A DNA stretch of 64,000 nucleotides from a virus (lineage: Duplodnaviria; Caudoviricetes), in the IMG/VR virus record IMGVR_UViG_3300028048_000099, positions 1-64,000 of that record; one strand, written 5' to 3'. The notes beneath the pieces are model-generated. The model ran no database searches and was not told where the DNA came from. It saw nothing but the letters and a program-made list of their open reading frames with translations. Numbering within the stretch: position 1 is the first letter of the stretch; each line of letters starts with the position of its first letter. Shown here piece after piece: positions 38,885 to 48,250 of this stretch. Made by a program: the position numbers and the translations under genes.

Positions 38885-39199
38885 TTATTTGTATAACCTC
38901 TTATGCTCATCTATTGACGCCTGGTAATCCTGGATAGACTGGCTCAAAGGATACGGAATCCTGAGAGTCACCCTGTCAGGTATCTCAAACTCAACGGAGC
39001 CGTACTGCGGGTTGGCCTGCATTATAAGCCACCCGTAACTGCTATCATTATAATAGCGGTAGGATAAAATATCAAGCCTTGTCTTCCCCCTCTCGTAAAC
39101 CTCAAAGAAATCGGTGCTCTTGGCCGGCACCTCACCGAACGGGACGACCGCTATGGCGCCGTCCTGCCTGAATTGTGAATATCTGTCGTATGTCGCCAT
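38885..39199 (-). CDS. Baseplate wedge gp53 / LysM-like protein
   Basis: RLDILSYRYYNDSSYGWLIMQANP...LRIP. Confidence 0.82.
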   Translation of the reverse strand: MATYDRYSQFRQDGAIAVVPFGEVPAKSTDFFEVYERGKTRLDILSYRYYNDSSYGWLIMQANPQYGSVEFEIPDRVTLRIPYPLSQSIQDYQASIDEHKRLYK

Positions 39200-39202
39200 A
39201 TC

Positions 39203-42200
39203 CTAACTGTTTTCCCCCTCTTTATTCTTGGGTCTCTCCTGTATTTTTGAGGAGAACTTGAAATGCTCGGTGATGTTCTTCTGCTTGTCCTTGTCCTTTA
39301 TGACCGGTGACCAGGACATCGCGGTGTCATCGGACTCGCTTATGAAGTTGTCGCGGTAATCGGCGCGCCTGTCGTAGACCGACGTGTTGGCGTAGTAGTT
39401 GTAGGACACCGCGTTCTGAAGCCTTGATATAGGGCCGGAGAGGTCACTGCCGCCGAGGAACGTGAACGTCATGTTGACATTCGCCATCATCGGCTGGAGG
39501 CCGACCCCCTCAGGGTTGAGGTCCCACTGAACCCCGCCGCCCGTGTCATACTCTATGTTTATGCTCTCAATGCATATCTTCGTGTTGAAGAAGTCGCCTA
39601 TGCGCAGGACACAGAACGGCGCCCTGCCGAACGAGAGGTTACCCGCGCCGTAGGAGCCCCCGCCGAAAGTGTCCGACGCGGAGATTGTCGGCCCTTGCCT
39701 CAGGCATTGCTGGAGGAAGGTCAGACGCGCGTTGAAACCCTCGGGCGTGATTGAGTGGAACGCCGGGTCAAAGTAATCCACCTTATCGGAGATGTAACGC
39801 TTGACCATGTCGTCATTCTCGTTAATCTGCTTGAAATAGGTATACTCGTCGTCATAGGTCTGGTTCTCGTAATCGTCAGCCTTACTCGTGTCAAATTCCT
39901 CCGTGTAACCGGTCTCGACCTTGGTGTTCTGCACAAGCCTGGTCTCAACCACTTCCGCCTCCGCTAACTCCTGAACCTCGGTTATTATCGTCTCCTTCGG
40001 CACTATTCTAAAGGTGATTTTCGCCGCTCTCGCGGCCTTAGGCCTAAAATCAGACTCGGACGCCACCGTGGTGCCGACTATCTGCCCGTTGCCGTTGGAG
40101 GATATCTTGTCTTTACCCTCTGAGAAATCAAAGCAACCGAGACTCCTTATCCACCCCTCCAGCACGCGCGCGCGATTCTCCGCGAGAATCTTGTTGGAGG
40201 CCACATAACCGTCCGATGAGGCGTAACCCTGTATATCTATACTATACGTATAATTATTCTTTGTTGCGGCGTTGAAAACCGTCACCATCTGTTTGAGGTT
40301 ACGGAAAAAATTATACGCGGGCACGAGATATTTTTTCTGCTCGGCGTCCATACTGAGAAGTGACATGGCGTCCTTCAGATTACTATCCGACTCACTGATG
40401 TCAACATTGCCGGTGTTGAGATACTCAACAATCTTATCCTCAGAAGGTACCCCTGACCAGAACGTGCCATATAATGACGCGTCGGGGTTATTTGACCTGG
40501 AGCCGTTAAGCCCGTAATCATTCAAATCCTTATACGCCTTTATCTTGTCACGGTTGACATTGTTGGAACGCACACCCAAGGTCTCGTTTTTGACCCTGGA
40601 ATCAACCGGGTAATACCAGCTTTTGACGGTCCCGTTCTTGTCAGGCCCGCGGTAATAGTAGCCGTCGGGAAACCCCTTCCCGTTATATGTCATGCCTGTT
40701 TTTCCCGAGCCTTGTCCGAGCTCGTACCCGATTCCGCCACCATCCCTCAGTCCTTTCTCAAACATCTCCTCAATACCGGCGGTATAGTTTTGGGACTCGT
40801 TGAAATCCTGCGCGGCATAGTTGTTGGGATAATAGAATACGCTGTAAAAGGTCATGCCATCCTTATCGGGATTTTCCTCCTCCTTCTGGATGGTCTTGGC
40901 TTCCTTACCCGGAGACACCACCCTGTCCTTAAGTTCCTCATTGACATTGACATTACGGGAGTCTATGAGGTCATAAGGCACGTCATAAGCCTCACGGGGA
41001 TTGAACTCCATAGCGTCGCACCCGGCGAAATACCTGAGAATCATCTCGTCCTTACTCAACGGGTCAACCTTGTTCGCGGTCTTTCCCATCTTGCCTCCCC
41101 TGGCCCACTCGTTGATGATTGACGGGTGGTCTATAAGGAGCGTGAACGAGAGGCTCCCGTGTCTCTCGGAGTTGATATAGGTGTAAATCTTCTCGCCGCG
41201 GCCTATGAACTGGTTGTCGTTCCAGTTCGCCCTGGCCTGCTCGCTGAACTTAAGGTTATATGGAGGGAACCACATGATGCGTCCCCCGTTCGGTCCTCTC
41301 TGCTCCTCGGTCAGGGTCATTCCGAAACCGGTGGCCACGCCGCTCCTCGCATTAACGGTGTTGACCGTGGTTGAGGTTGAGCGCTTGTCAAACTCGAATT
41401 CCGCGGAAATTGAGGATTTGTCCCGATTGAATTTGGCGTCCTCGCGTCTGACGTTTACATTCACCGCGTCGGGTACTATATCCTTCCACGCCAGGTTCTC
41501 AATGGAGAACATGCACCTCTTGATTGAGTCCTCCTCCATCTTGTTCCTGTCATTGACATAGTACGGTGTGATAATCGGCCTGCCGTTCTCGGGGTCAAGG
41601 GACGTGAATTTCTTAAGCCTGTCATAACCCTTGTTCGGCCGCATGAGCTGGTCACCGTTATGAAGCGTGTAATGGCTCACGCCGGCGTTCATTGAGTCAT
41701 CAGCCCATTTTCCCCTTATAAGGTGCTTGTACTTTGAGTACTGGTAATGGGTCGTCCATACTCGGCAGTAGGGATTCGGGTAGCCGTTCTCGTTCGTCAG
41801 GTCCAGCTTGCGGAGGTTCCTTCCCCTTGAGAGACCGTAAAGATGGTCTGTCGCCGTGTTCAGGAAACCCGGCATTCCCTCGTTATGCCCGTTGAGTGTC
41901 GCGAACCTGTTGGCCAGCGACCTTATCTTACCCTCATAGAACATCCTGTTGGTTTTCCCGAGCAGGCCCTTAATCTCCTTGTCGGGTGAGATAGTGTCAA
42001 CGTCAAGGAAATACGCGTAATCGGACTGGGGCACGGCGTCACGGTCGTGCACCATGACCCTGTTCCTCGGCTCGCCGTCGTAATTCTCCACGTAGAGCCC
42101 GTGCTCCGCGACACCGTTGAGAAGATTCAGGTAATAGTGTGACCCCATGTAGTCCCAGTAGTCAAGCAGCGGCCCGTGGAAAAGCTCCCTGTCCTGCACC

Positions 42201-42895
42201 ACTGCCTCAAACCTGTCCCTGAAACCCTGGACGTGCCCGTTCATCGTCTTGCGCACGAGATTCTCTTCCAAGGGTTTAAGGACATAAGGCGCGGAGGGGT
42301 TATATCGTTTCGGGCCCCACTTGTATACCTCAATATCTTGATAATCAAAAGGATATTCCAAATCGTTGAAAACACCGTAGGTGCTTCTTAAATATACCTT
42401 GTCATCCTGGGCTTCACCGCTCCTCTCTATCGCCGCGTTCTCAAGGTGCGTGTATCCGAGAAGGTCCCTGCCGACCGTGTCGTCAAGGAAACGGAGACGG
42501 TTGGACTCACTCTCATAGACATCGTAGTACTCCCCGATGGCGGGACTGCCGTCCAGACCGAAATTATATCTCCCGTTCGCGTCAGGCCCCTCATATCTCC
42601 TCATGTAGGGGTTGCCGAGGAGGTTGGCGGTCCTGGCCGGGGTGCTCTTGGGTCCCACGCCTCCCTGCCTGCTGCTCACGGTCTTGCCTATCTGACGTGA
42701 CGACACCTTGCCCACCTCACGCGAGCCTATCCTCCCGTCCAGCGAGGCCCTGCTGTCGTCATCCCCGTTCGCGAGTTTCATGATGGTTGAGTTGAGGCCG
42801 AGGAGGTTCCCGCCCATCGTCCTCAGCTCACTCCTTATCGCGTGGGCCGTGGCGAACATGTCAAAACTGCTTATGCCAGGTTTACCGTTTCTCAT
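39203..42895 (-). CDS. Baseplate tube-initiator-like protein with embedded OmpA-like domain
   Basis: WFPPYNLKFSE...NW...FIGRGEKIYTYINSER.GSLSFTL; PFCVLRIGDFF...IESINIEYD; IQGYASSDG...NKILAENRA. Confidence 0.65.
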   Translation of the reverse strand: MRNGKPGISSFDMFATAHAIRSELRTMGGNLLGLNSTIMKLANGDDDSRASLDGRIGSREVGKVSSRQIGKTVSSRQGGVGPKSTPARTANLLGNPYMRRYEGPDANGRYNFGLDGSPAIGEYYDVYESESNRLRFLDDTVGRDLLGYTHLENAAIERSGEAQDDKVYLRSTYGVFNDLEYPFDYQDIEVYKWGPKRYNPSAPYVLKPLEENLVRKTMNGHVQGFRDRFEAVVQDRELFHGPLLDYWDYMGSHYYLNLLNGVAEHGLYVENYDGEPRNRVMVHDRDAVPQSDYAYFLDVDTISPDKEIKGLLGKTNRMFYEGKIRSLANRFATLNGHNEGMPGFLNTATDHLYGLSRGRNLRKLDLTNENGYPNPYCRVWTTHYQYSKYKHLIRGKWADDSMNAGVSHYTLHNGDQLMRPNKGYDRLKKFTSLDPENGRPIITPYYVNDRNKMEEDSIKRCMFSIENLAWKDIVPDAVNVNVRREDAKFNRDKSSISAEFEFDKRSTSTTVNTVNARSGVATGFGMTLTEEQRGPNGGRIMWFPPYNLKFSEQARANWNDNQFIGRGEKIYTYINSERHGSLSFTLLIDHPSIINEWARGGKMGKTANKVDPLSKDEMILRYFAGCDAMEFNPREAYDVPYDLIDSRNVNVNEELKDRVVSPGKEAKTIQKEEENPDKDGMTFYSVFYYPNNYAAQDFNESQNYTAGIEEMFEKGLRDGGGIGYELGQGSGKTGMTYNGKGFPDGYYYRGPDKNGTVKSWYYPVDSRVKNETLGVRSNNVNRDKIKAYKDLNDYGLNGSRSNNPDASLYGTFWSGVPSEDKIVEYLNTGNVDISESDSNLKDAMSLLSMDAEQKKYLVPAYNFFRNLKQMVTVFNAATKNNYTYSIDIQGYASSDGYVASNKILAENRARVLEGWIRSLGCFDFSEGKDKISSNGNGQIVGTTVASESDFRPKAARAAKITFRIVPKETIITEVQELAEAEVVETRLVQNTKVETGYTEEFDTSKADDYENQTYDDEYTYFKQINENDDMVKRYISDKVDYFDPAFHSITPEGFNARLTFLQQCLRQGPTISASDTFGGGSYGAGNLSFGRAPFCVLRIGDFFNTKICIESINIEYDTGGGVQWDLNPEGVGLQPMMANVNMTFTFLGGSDLSGPISRLQNAVSYNYYANTSVYDRRADYRDNFISESDDTAMSWSPVIKDKDKQKNITEHFKFSSKIQERPKNKEGENS

Positions 42896-42923
42896 GAGAT
42901 TTCCTGTTTAAAACTTATTTTTT

Positions 42924-44978
42924 TTATTTACCCGTACCGTGATATTTCACCTCAGTTCCGCACTGAGAGGCAATCATGTTTGCCAACTCCTGCATAAAGG
43001 TCGGGTTTTCCCTGAGAATTTTCATTAAATCCTCGGTTCCTATCTTGCCGTTGTCACCAACCACGTCCACCGCGACATGACCGTCAAGCCTGATAACCAG
43101 CGGCCCCGAATCCTCTCGCCTAGATGACGGGTTTTGCCCTCCTGTTTGGGTAGTGTTGTTCTTTCCCGTCTCAACACTGGCTGTCGGGATTGTTGAGCTG
43201 TTCTGACTGAACGTATATCCGGGGGCACTCCCCCCTCCGGTGATGACGGCGCCGGTTGAGGATGAAGTTGTGCCTGCGCCCGCGGTGGTTGTTGAGCCGC
43301 CCGTTGAGGGAGCGACTGTCGTTCCCCTGGCGGCGGAAGATGTCACCGGACTTGTAGCCGGGGCTTTTTTGGGTTCATTATACGCCAAAGGGTTAAAGCC
43401 GTACTCTTGCTCAAGTTTCTCAGCCACGTCGTGGAGCCATTTACCGACATCAGTCCCAACATTCTGCATGGTTCCTTCAACACTGGGGCCTAATATATCC
43501 CCGAATGCCTTACCTATCTTCTCCCCAAACTCCTCTGGGGTTGTCGCGTTGCCGGCCTTGAGAAATGACGTCATGATTGAGCTCCCGAAATTCACCATAT
43601 GGCCCTGTAAATTGTTTGCATACTCATCAATTTTCGCCATAGCCTGCATTTCCGGCGTCCCAACCCGGAGGATGGAGGCGGTTGCTAAATCAACGGTTGA
43701 AAGTCCCCCTATAATACCAGGCTGTACCGACTGGTAGGCTTTCTCATTGACCATCTGTTGCTGTCTTCCGGTCACAACCTCAGCTATGGAGAGGACATTC
43801 GCCGCTATCTGCTTGACGTCCTCCTCCTGGGTAGTGTTCTGCCTTATGAACTCATCCACCTTGTCCGGCTTATTCATTAATTCCGCGACTGACAAAAACT
43901 CATCACCTACCGTGAGACCCGCGACGCCATTCTCATCAATCTGTCCGGAGTTGAGGAGAATCTTCTCAAGCCTGTCATCAACACCCATTCCCTGTATCTG
44001 GTTCTTAATCTCACCCCTCCTCGCCTGGGCTGTCGCCTGGTCAAAGAGATTGTCGGCATTGAGACCCGCGGCTTCCGCGGCCGCCTTTATCCGCATCCTC
44101 GTGAGGGGGTCTATCTCAATCTGGTGTGTCCTGGAGTTGTATGTCGCGGCTCCCTTGGTCATCTCCGTCAACCGGTCCTGAAGCCCATTCATGTCGGTCA
44201 GACTCTCGTTAAGCATCGCGAGGGGATTCGCCATCGCGGTGAACGAGCCTCCGAGCACCTGTAATCTCGCGGCGGTCTCAACGGCCCCAGTCACGGTCCC
44301 TACCTTATTGGCAAAATTGGCGACCTGTTGCATGTCCTGCCTAATCTCCGTGGCTTTCCTGGCCATCTCCTTAAGCCCGTCAACACCATTACGGAAGGTG
44401 TATTTCTGGGCCATGGCGAGATTGCTCGCGAAATTCTTGGAATAAAGCTGGAAATTTATCCCATATTCACCGGCCTCCTTGAAAAGTTTACCGACAGCCT
44501 TGCCGGCGGTTTTCATGGATATACCGAGTTTGTCATAACCGGTGGTAATCTGGGACATCATCTCGGACCCGACAAGCCTTGTGCCGGCCATGATATTCTC
44601 GAGCGTGGAGTCGGGACCCTTCATATCCATGAGCGCGTTCCTTCCGAGCTCACCCGTAATCCTGGCTTGTGCCTCCAACATCTGCTTGTTGCTAAAGCCA
44701 TATTTCTTGGACAACTCCAGTTGATGGTTGGTCTCAACAAGGTTCTTGGACATCTGGATGATATTGGAATTACCCAGACCCAGAGACCTGACCATTTCCG
44801 CGACAGAAGACTGCACGGTACTAAAGGGCTCTATCAAACCCAACGCGTCGTCCAGGATTCCGTTTAACATTTTAGCAACGCCTGAGGACAGGGAAGTCAG
44901 CGTGTTTTTCACTGACTGCTCGGCATCACTTACTCTACCAAGCACCCTGCCTATCGCGTCTTTGTTCTGGTCACTCAT
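42924..44978 (-). CDS. Tape measure protein
   Basis: Helical, Ala/Gly/Met-rich, 684 aa; downstream of chaperone genes and upstream of baseplate genes; TATTTAT at 44999-45005. Confidence 0.75.
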   Translation of the reverse strand: MSDQNKDAIGRVLGRVSDAEQSVKNTLTSLSSGVAKMLNGILDDALGLIEPFSTVQSSVAEMVRSLGLGNSNIIQMSKNLVETNHQLELSKKYGFSNKQMLEAQARITGELGRNALMDMKGPDSTLENIMAGTRLVGSEMMSQITTGYDKLGISMKTAGKAVGKLFKEAGEYGINFQLYSKNFASNLAMAQKYTFRNGVDGLKEMARKATEIRQDMQQVANFANKVGTVTGAVETAARLQVLGGSFTAMANPLAMLNESLTDMNGLQDRLTEMTKGAATYNSRTHQIEIDPLTRMRIKAAAEAAGLNADNLFDQATAQARRGEIKNQIQGMGVDDRLEKILLNSGQIDENGVAGLTVGDEFLSVAELMNKPDKVDEFIRQNTTQEEDVKQIAANVLSIAEVVTGRQQQMVNEKAYQSVQPGIIGGLSTVDLATASILRVGTPEMQAMAKIDEYANNLQGHMVNFGSSIMTSFLKAGNATTPEEFGEKIGKAFGDILGPSVEGTMQNVGTDVGKWLHDVAEKLEQEYGFNPLAYNEPKKAPATSPVTSSAARGTTVAPSTGGSTTTAGAGTTSSSTGAVITGGGSAPGYTFSQNSSTIPTASVETGKNNTTQTGGQNPSSRREDSGPLVIRLDGHVAVDVVGDNGKIGTEDLMKILRENPTFMQELANMIASQCGTEVKYHGTGK

Positions 44979-45046
44979 GGTTCACTTCTTTTCTAAGTAT
45001 AAATATCCCACACTCTTTTTCTTAAACGGAAAAAAAGGGACCGACA

Positions 45047-45280
45047 TCAGCCCCTTTCCCTGTTTTTCTTGTTCTCCTGCTCAAGACGGGCGTACTCGTT
45101 GATTGAGTCGCCGTCAACCTTGCTCCTCCCGTTTCTCATGTCAATGTCTCTCTTTATGCCCTGCTGCTCCTCGTTGTGCTTCTGGATGTAATACCTTCGG
45201 TCCTGGACCGGGAGCCTCATCACGGTCTCCATCGGGAGTTTCATGTAATGCGTGCAGCCCCATATCTCATCCTTAAGCAT
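45047..45280 (-). CDS. Small tail-assembly chaperone segment (possibly a frameshift extension of the upstream gene)
   Basis: LKDEIWGCTHYMKLPMETVMRLPVQDRRYYIQKH; frame stays open upstream across the end of 45291-46613. Confidence 0.65.
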   Translation of the reverse strand: MLKDEIWGCTHYMKLPMETVMRLPVQDRRYYIQKHNEEQQGIKRDIDMRNGRSKVDGDSINEYARLEQENKKNRERG

Positions 45281-45290
45281 CTTCTCATAC

Positions 45291-46613
45291 TCACTCGGAA
45301 TCAACGAGAAAAATAAACTGGTCAAATTGTAGAAACACGGGCATGGAGCCACCTCCGAGACTCTCAGGTTTCTCTATCTCAAAATTATAATCCACGCCTG
45401 GGGTGTTCTTGGCTATGTATCTTCTCAACGAGGAGGCGTCCCGGATAGGCATCATCCGCACGTAATCATGGATGAATTTCCTGTCGGTGTTCCCGTTGAC
45501 GGACATAATCTCCATCTCGAGCTCGTTTGACGCCCTGTGGGAGAACCTTGACGCCTCGGGGTCACCCTTCTCCGACCATTTCACGAGCGTCTCAACCGCG
45601 TCCCTGATATCGGCGGTCTCTGACGCGCTCAGCGTCCCGTCCTTGCCGAGATAGAACTCAACCCTCTCCTTGAAATCGTCTATCTCCGCCTTACGGAGGT
45701 CGGGCACCTCAAGCTTGTCAATCTTGGCCAGACCCGCGTAGTCGCCGTGGGTGAGGAACCTGAACTTGACCTTGTCCCCCGAGACAGGCAGCCCGTAGTC
45801 GAACCATCCGTTCTCGTCACCGGTGAGCGTGAAATCCTTGTATTTTATCTTTGACAGGTCAATCTTCGTGTCAAAACTCTTCTTGCTGACGGGGTCCGTG
45901 GCGGTCACGCTGTACATGTTACCGTAGGCCGATGACCTGAGGAAAAGTATTATCGCGTCCCTGTCGCCGTCAAGAAGGCCGTCCGGGTCAATCTCCTGGT
46001 CACGAATCTTCTCCTTCAGGAGGATGTCAAGCACCAGGTTGTCCCTGTAAAGGTTGGGGGAGACTATGATGTTCTCGTCCATGGCCGTGAGGTAGGACAC
46101 CGCGATTCTCCCCTGCTTGCTCTTGTAGCACTCGCCTTTTGAGGGGAGGGGGATAATGTCATAGGACGCCATCGGGTTCGTGTCCTCCATCTTCGTTATC
46201 ACCTTCGCGGGGGATGTCTCGGCGATATCCCGCACGGACACCGGCTCCGACACGGCTTTCTTCTTCCTCACCTTTGGTTTCTCGCTGACCTCCTCGGCCT
46301 CGGCTATACGTTCAAGGACCGTCTTGCCGGACGGTTTCCTGCCCGGTTTAGCGGATTCCTTTTTTGTCTCTCCCCTGAGCTCGTCCATCGTGCCGCCGAG
46401 GAAGAACCACTTGTCTATTATGTCCTGCTCGCCGTCCTTCAGGAGGGCGAGGCGGTCGTTAATCTGGCTCTCGGTGTATTTGGGCGACTTGTCCTCATTT
46501 TTCGCCTCGGACATCCTTTTCTCCGTCTCCTTGATGGTTTTCTCCCACATGTCAAAGGAGGCCTTAAGTTGTCTCTTCTGTTTGTCAAGGTCCTTAATCT
46601 CAATGCTCGCCAT
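45291..46613 (-). CDS. Baseplate hub / tail assembly chaperone (T4 gp26/gp51-like)
   Basis: IPLPSKGECY...YLTAMDENI...LLDGDRDAIILFLRSSAYG; LPVSGDKVKFRFLT; MPIRDASSLRRYI..NTPGVD. Confidence 0.75.
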   Translation of the reverse strand: MASIEIKDLDKQKRQLKASFDMWEKTIKETEKRMSEAKNEDKSPKYTESQINDRLALLKDGEQDIIDKWFFLGGTMDELRGETKKESAKPGRKPSGKTVLERIAEAEEVSEKPKVRKKKAVSEPVSVRDIAETSPAKVITKMEDTNPMASYDIIPLPSKGECYKSKQGRIAVSYLTAMDENIIVSPNLYRDNLVLDILLKEKIRDQEIDPDGLLDGDRDAIILFLRSSAYGNMYSVTATDPVSKKSFDTKIDLSKIKYKDFTLTGDENGWFDYGLPVSGDKVKFRFLTHGDYAGLAKIDKLEVPDLRKAEIDDFKERVEFYLGKDGTLSASETADIRDAVETLVKWSEKGDPEASRFSHRASNELEMEIMSVNGNTDRKFIHDYVRMMPIRDASSLRRYIAKNTPGVDYNFEIEKPESLGGGSMPVFLQFDQFIFLVDSE

Positions 46614-46637
46614 CTTAATGTCTTCTGTTCTTGTCTT

Positions 46638-47738
46638 TTATCTTATCTCACAAAATTTCCATTTGTGTTTATATCTGGTTTTCCCGGTTCTACATGCAAC
46701 AAATATTTCCCTGGTATTCGCTTTCGGGTTTAGCGTTTTTTTAATATATTCACAAGCGCTGATACCATCGGAAAAGGCCTCTTTCAAAACCCAATTTTCG
46801 TCATACATATTAACTTTTTTCTCGCAATAATTTGCGTTATTCCTCCCTCGTCTTTGTTCTGAGAACTTTCTTCGTGTTTCCTCACTCGCCTTCTTCCCTC
46901 TTTTACTCATAGAAATTTTTAGACAATGCTCACTTGTCCGCGGTGGCATTTTAAATTTTTTCCTAGGGCCGGACTTATGCGTTTTCTGATAAAAAAACTC
47001 TCTAAACTCCTCGTTCTCTAAAAATATTTTTTTCACTAAATCGTTATTTTTATGGGTACGCGCATAACTAAAGGCGGAACTAAAATTTTTATCTTCAATG
47101 TTTTGTAAAAAAATTTTTAAAAATCTATTTTTTTGACTGTCAGACATTTTTTTCCTCTCTTCCTGGCTTATCGTCCTTTTTTTCATAATTTTTGCCAGCA
47201 TATCTTTTTTCTTTTTTCCCGCGTCGGTTTTAAAAAAGGTTTTATGCCATTCTGAGATTTTTCTTTTTTCTTCGTCAGTATGTTTTTTTCCTATACACGT
47301 TATTCTTTGTTTTTCAATAGATTCTTTTGTCCTCTTTTTTCCAGTGCGTACTTTTGCTGAGTTTTTTATCATTTTACTTGAGTACCCATCGCTACCGCCT
47401 GGAATTAAATTCAAACACTTTTCATCCAATCTATAATTTTCACCTATAATAGCCTTTTCCTTTTCTTGCATTTCTTCTTTATTCCGAAGAAAAAGCATAT
47501 ATATCTTTTTAACAGACGTCATGACCGCCTTTCCATATTTTCCCGGTAATAAAGACCCGGAACCAGCGTATCCATCTTTTAAATTTTTAGTTACATGTTC
47601 ACCAATATAATATTTACCATCCGGAAATAATATTTTATAGATTACATAATACTTGTTATCTTCACCAATAAGCGGTTCACTTTCAAGTAAATAATTATTC
47701 TTAAAATATTCTTTATAAATTGAATTCACTTTTTTCAT
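46638..47738 (-). mobile_element. Free-standing GIY-YIG homing endonuclease (Seg-like) with NUMOD3/NUMOD1-like repeats
   Basis: VIYKI...YYIGEH...GYAGSG; HTDEEKRKIS, SEETRRKFS repeats; very AT-rich; TATTTAT at 47758-47764. Confidence 0.88.
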
Positions 47739-47786
47739 TATGACTTCCTTTTTCTATATAAATATTTAGTAATAGAAAAAGATGCA

Positions 47787-48245
47787 TTAATGACGCTGGT
47801 TTTTCTTGTTTTTTGTTTGGTATTTCTTTAAAATCTCTTTTAACGTTGACATTATCTTCTCTGGATTTTCATGGATATCCTTTTCCCAAAAATAATAAAT
47901 TTCTATGCCATTATTTTCCGCCCATCTTCGCTTAATATTATCAATGTATATGTTTTTCTTCTGGACTCTATTCAAATTTTTCTCCTCATAGATTCTTTTA
48001 TCTCCATGCCAATAAGAACCATTTATTTCCAGAATCGGCCCATTTTCGATTTTAAAATCGTAAAAACGTTTTATGTCCCTGGCCTCGTATTGCCTGACGT
48101 ACTTGACCCCGAGCCTGTCCAGGAAGTTCTCCGCGAAGAAGTCCTCAAGCTTTGACGTCCCGTATCTCGGGTGCGGTCTCTTTCCTGACGGTTTTCTCGC
48201 GGGTCTCGCCCGTCCCCCTTTTCCCCTGGGTATCGGCTGTGGCAT
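47787..48245 (-). CDS. Vsr/DUF559-like endonuclease
   Basis: GTSKLE...RQY...FYDF...ILEINGSYWHGD...D..K...A..NG...FWEKDI. Confidence 0.75.
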   Translation of the reverse strand: MPQPIPRGKGGRARPARKPSGKRPHPRYGTSKLEDFFAENFLDRLGVKYVRQYEARDIKRFYDFKIENGPILEINGSYWHGDKRIYEEKNLNRVQKKNIYIDNIKRRWAENNGIEIYYFWEKDIHENPEKIMSTLKEILKKYQTKNKKNQRH

Positions 48246-48250
48246 ATCAA

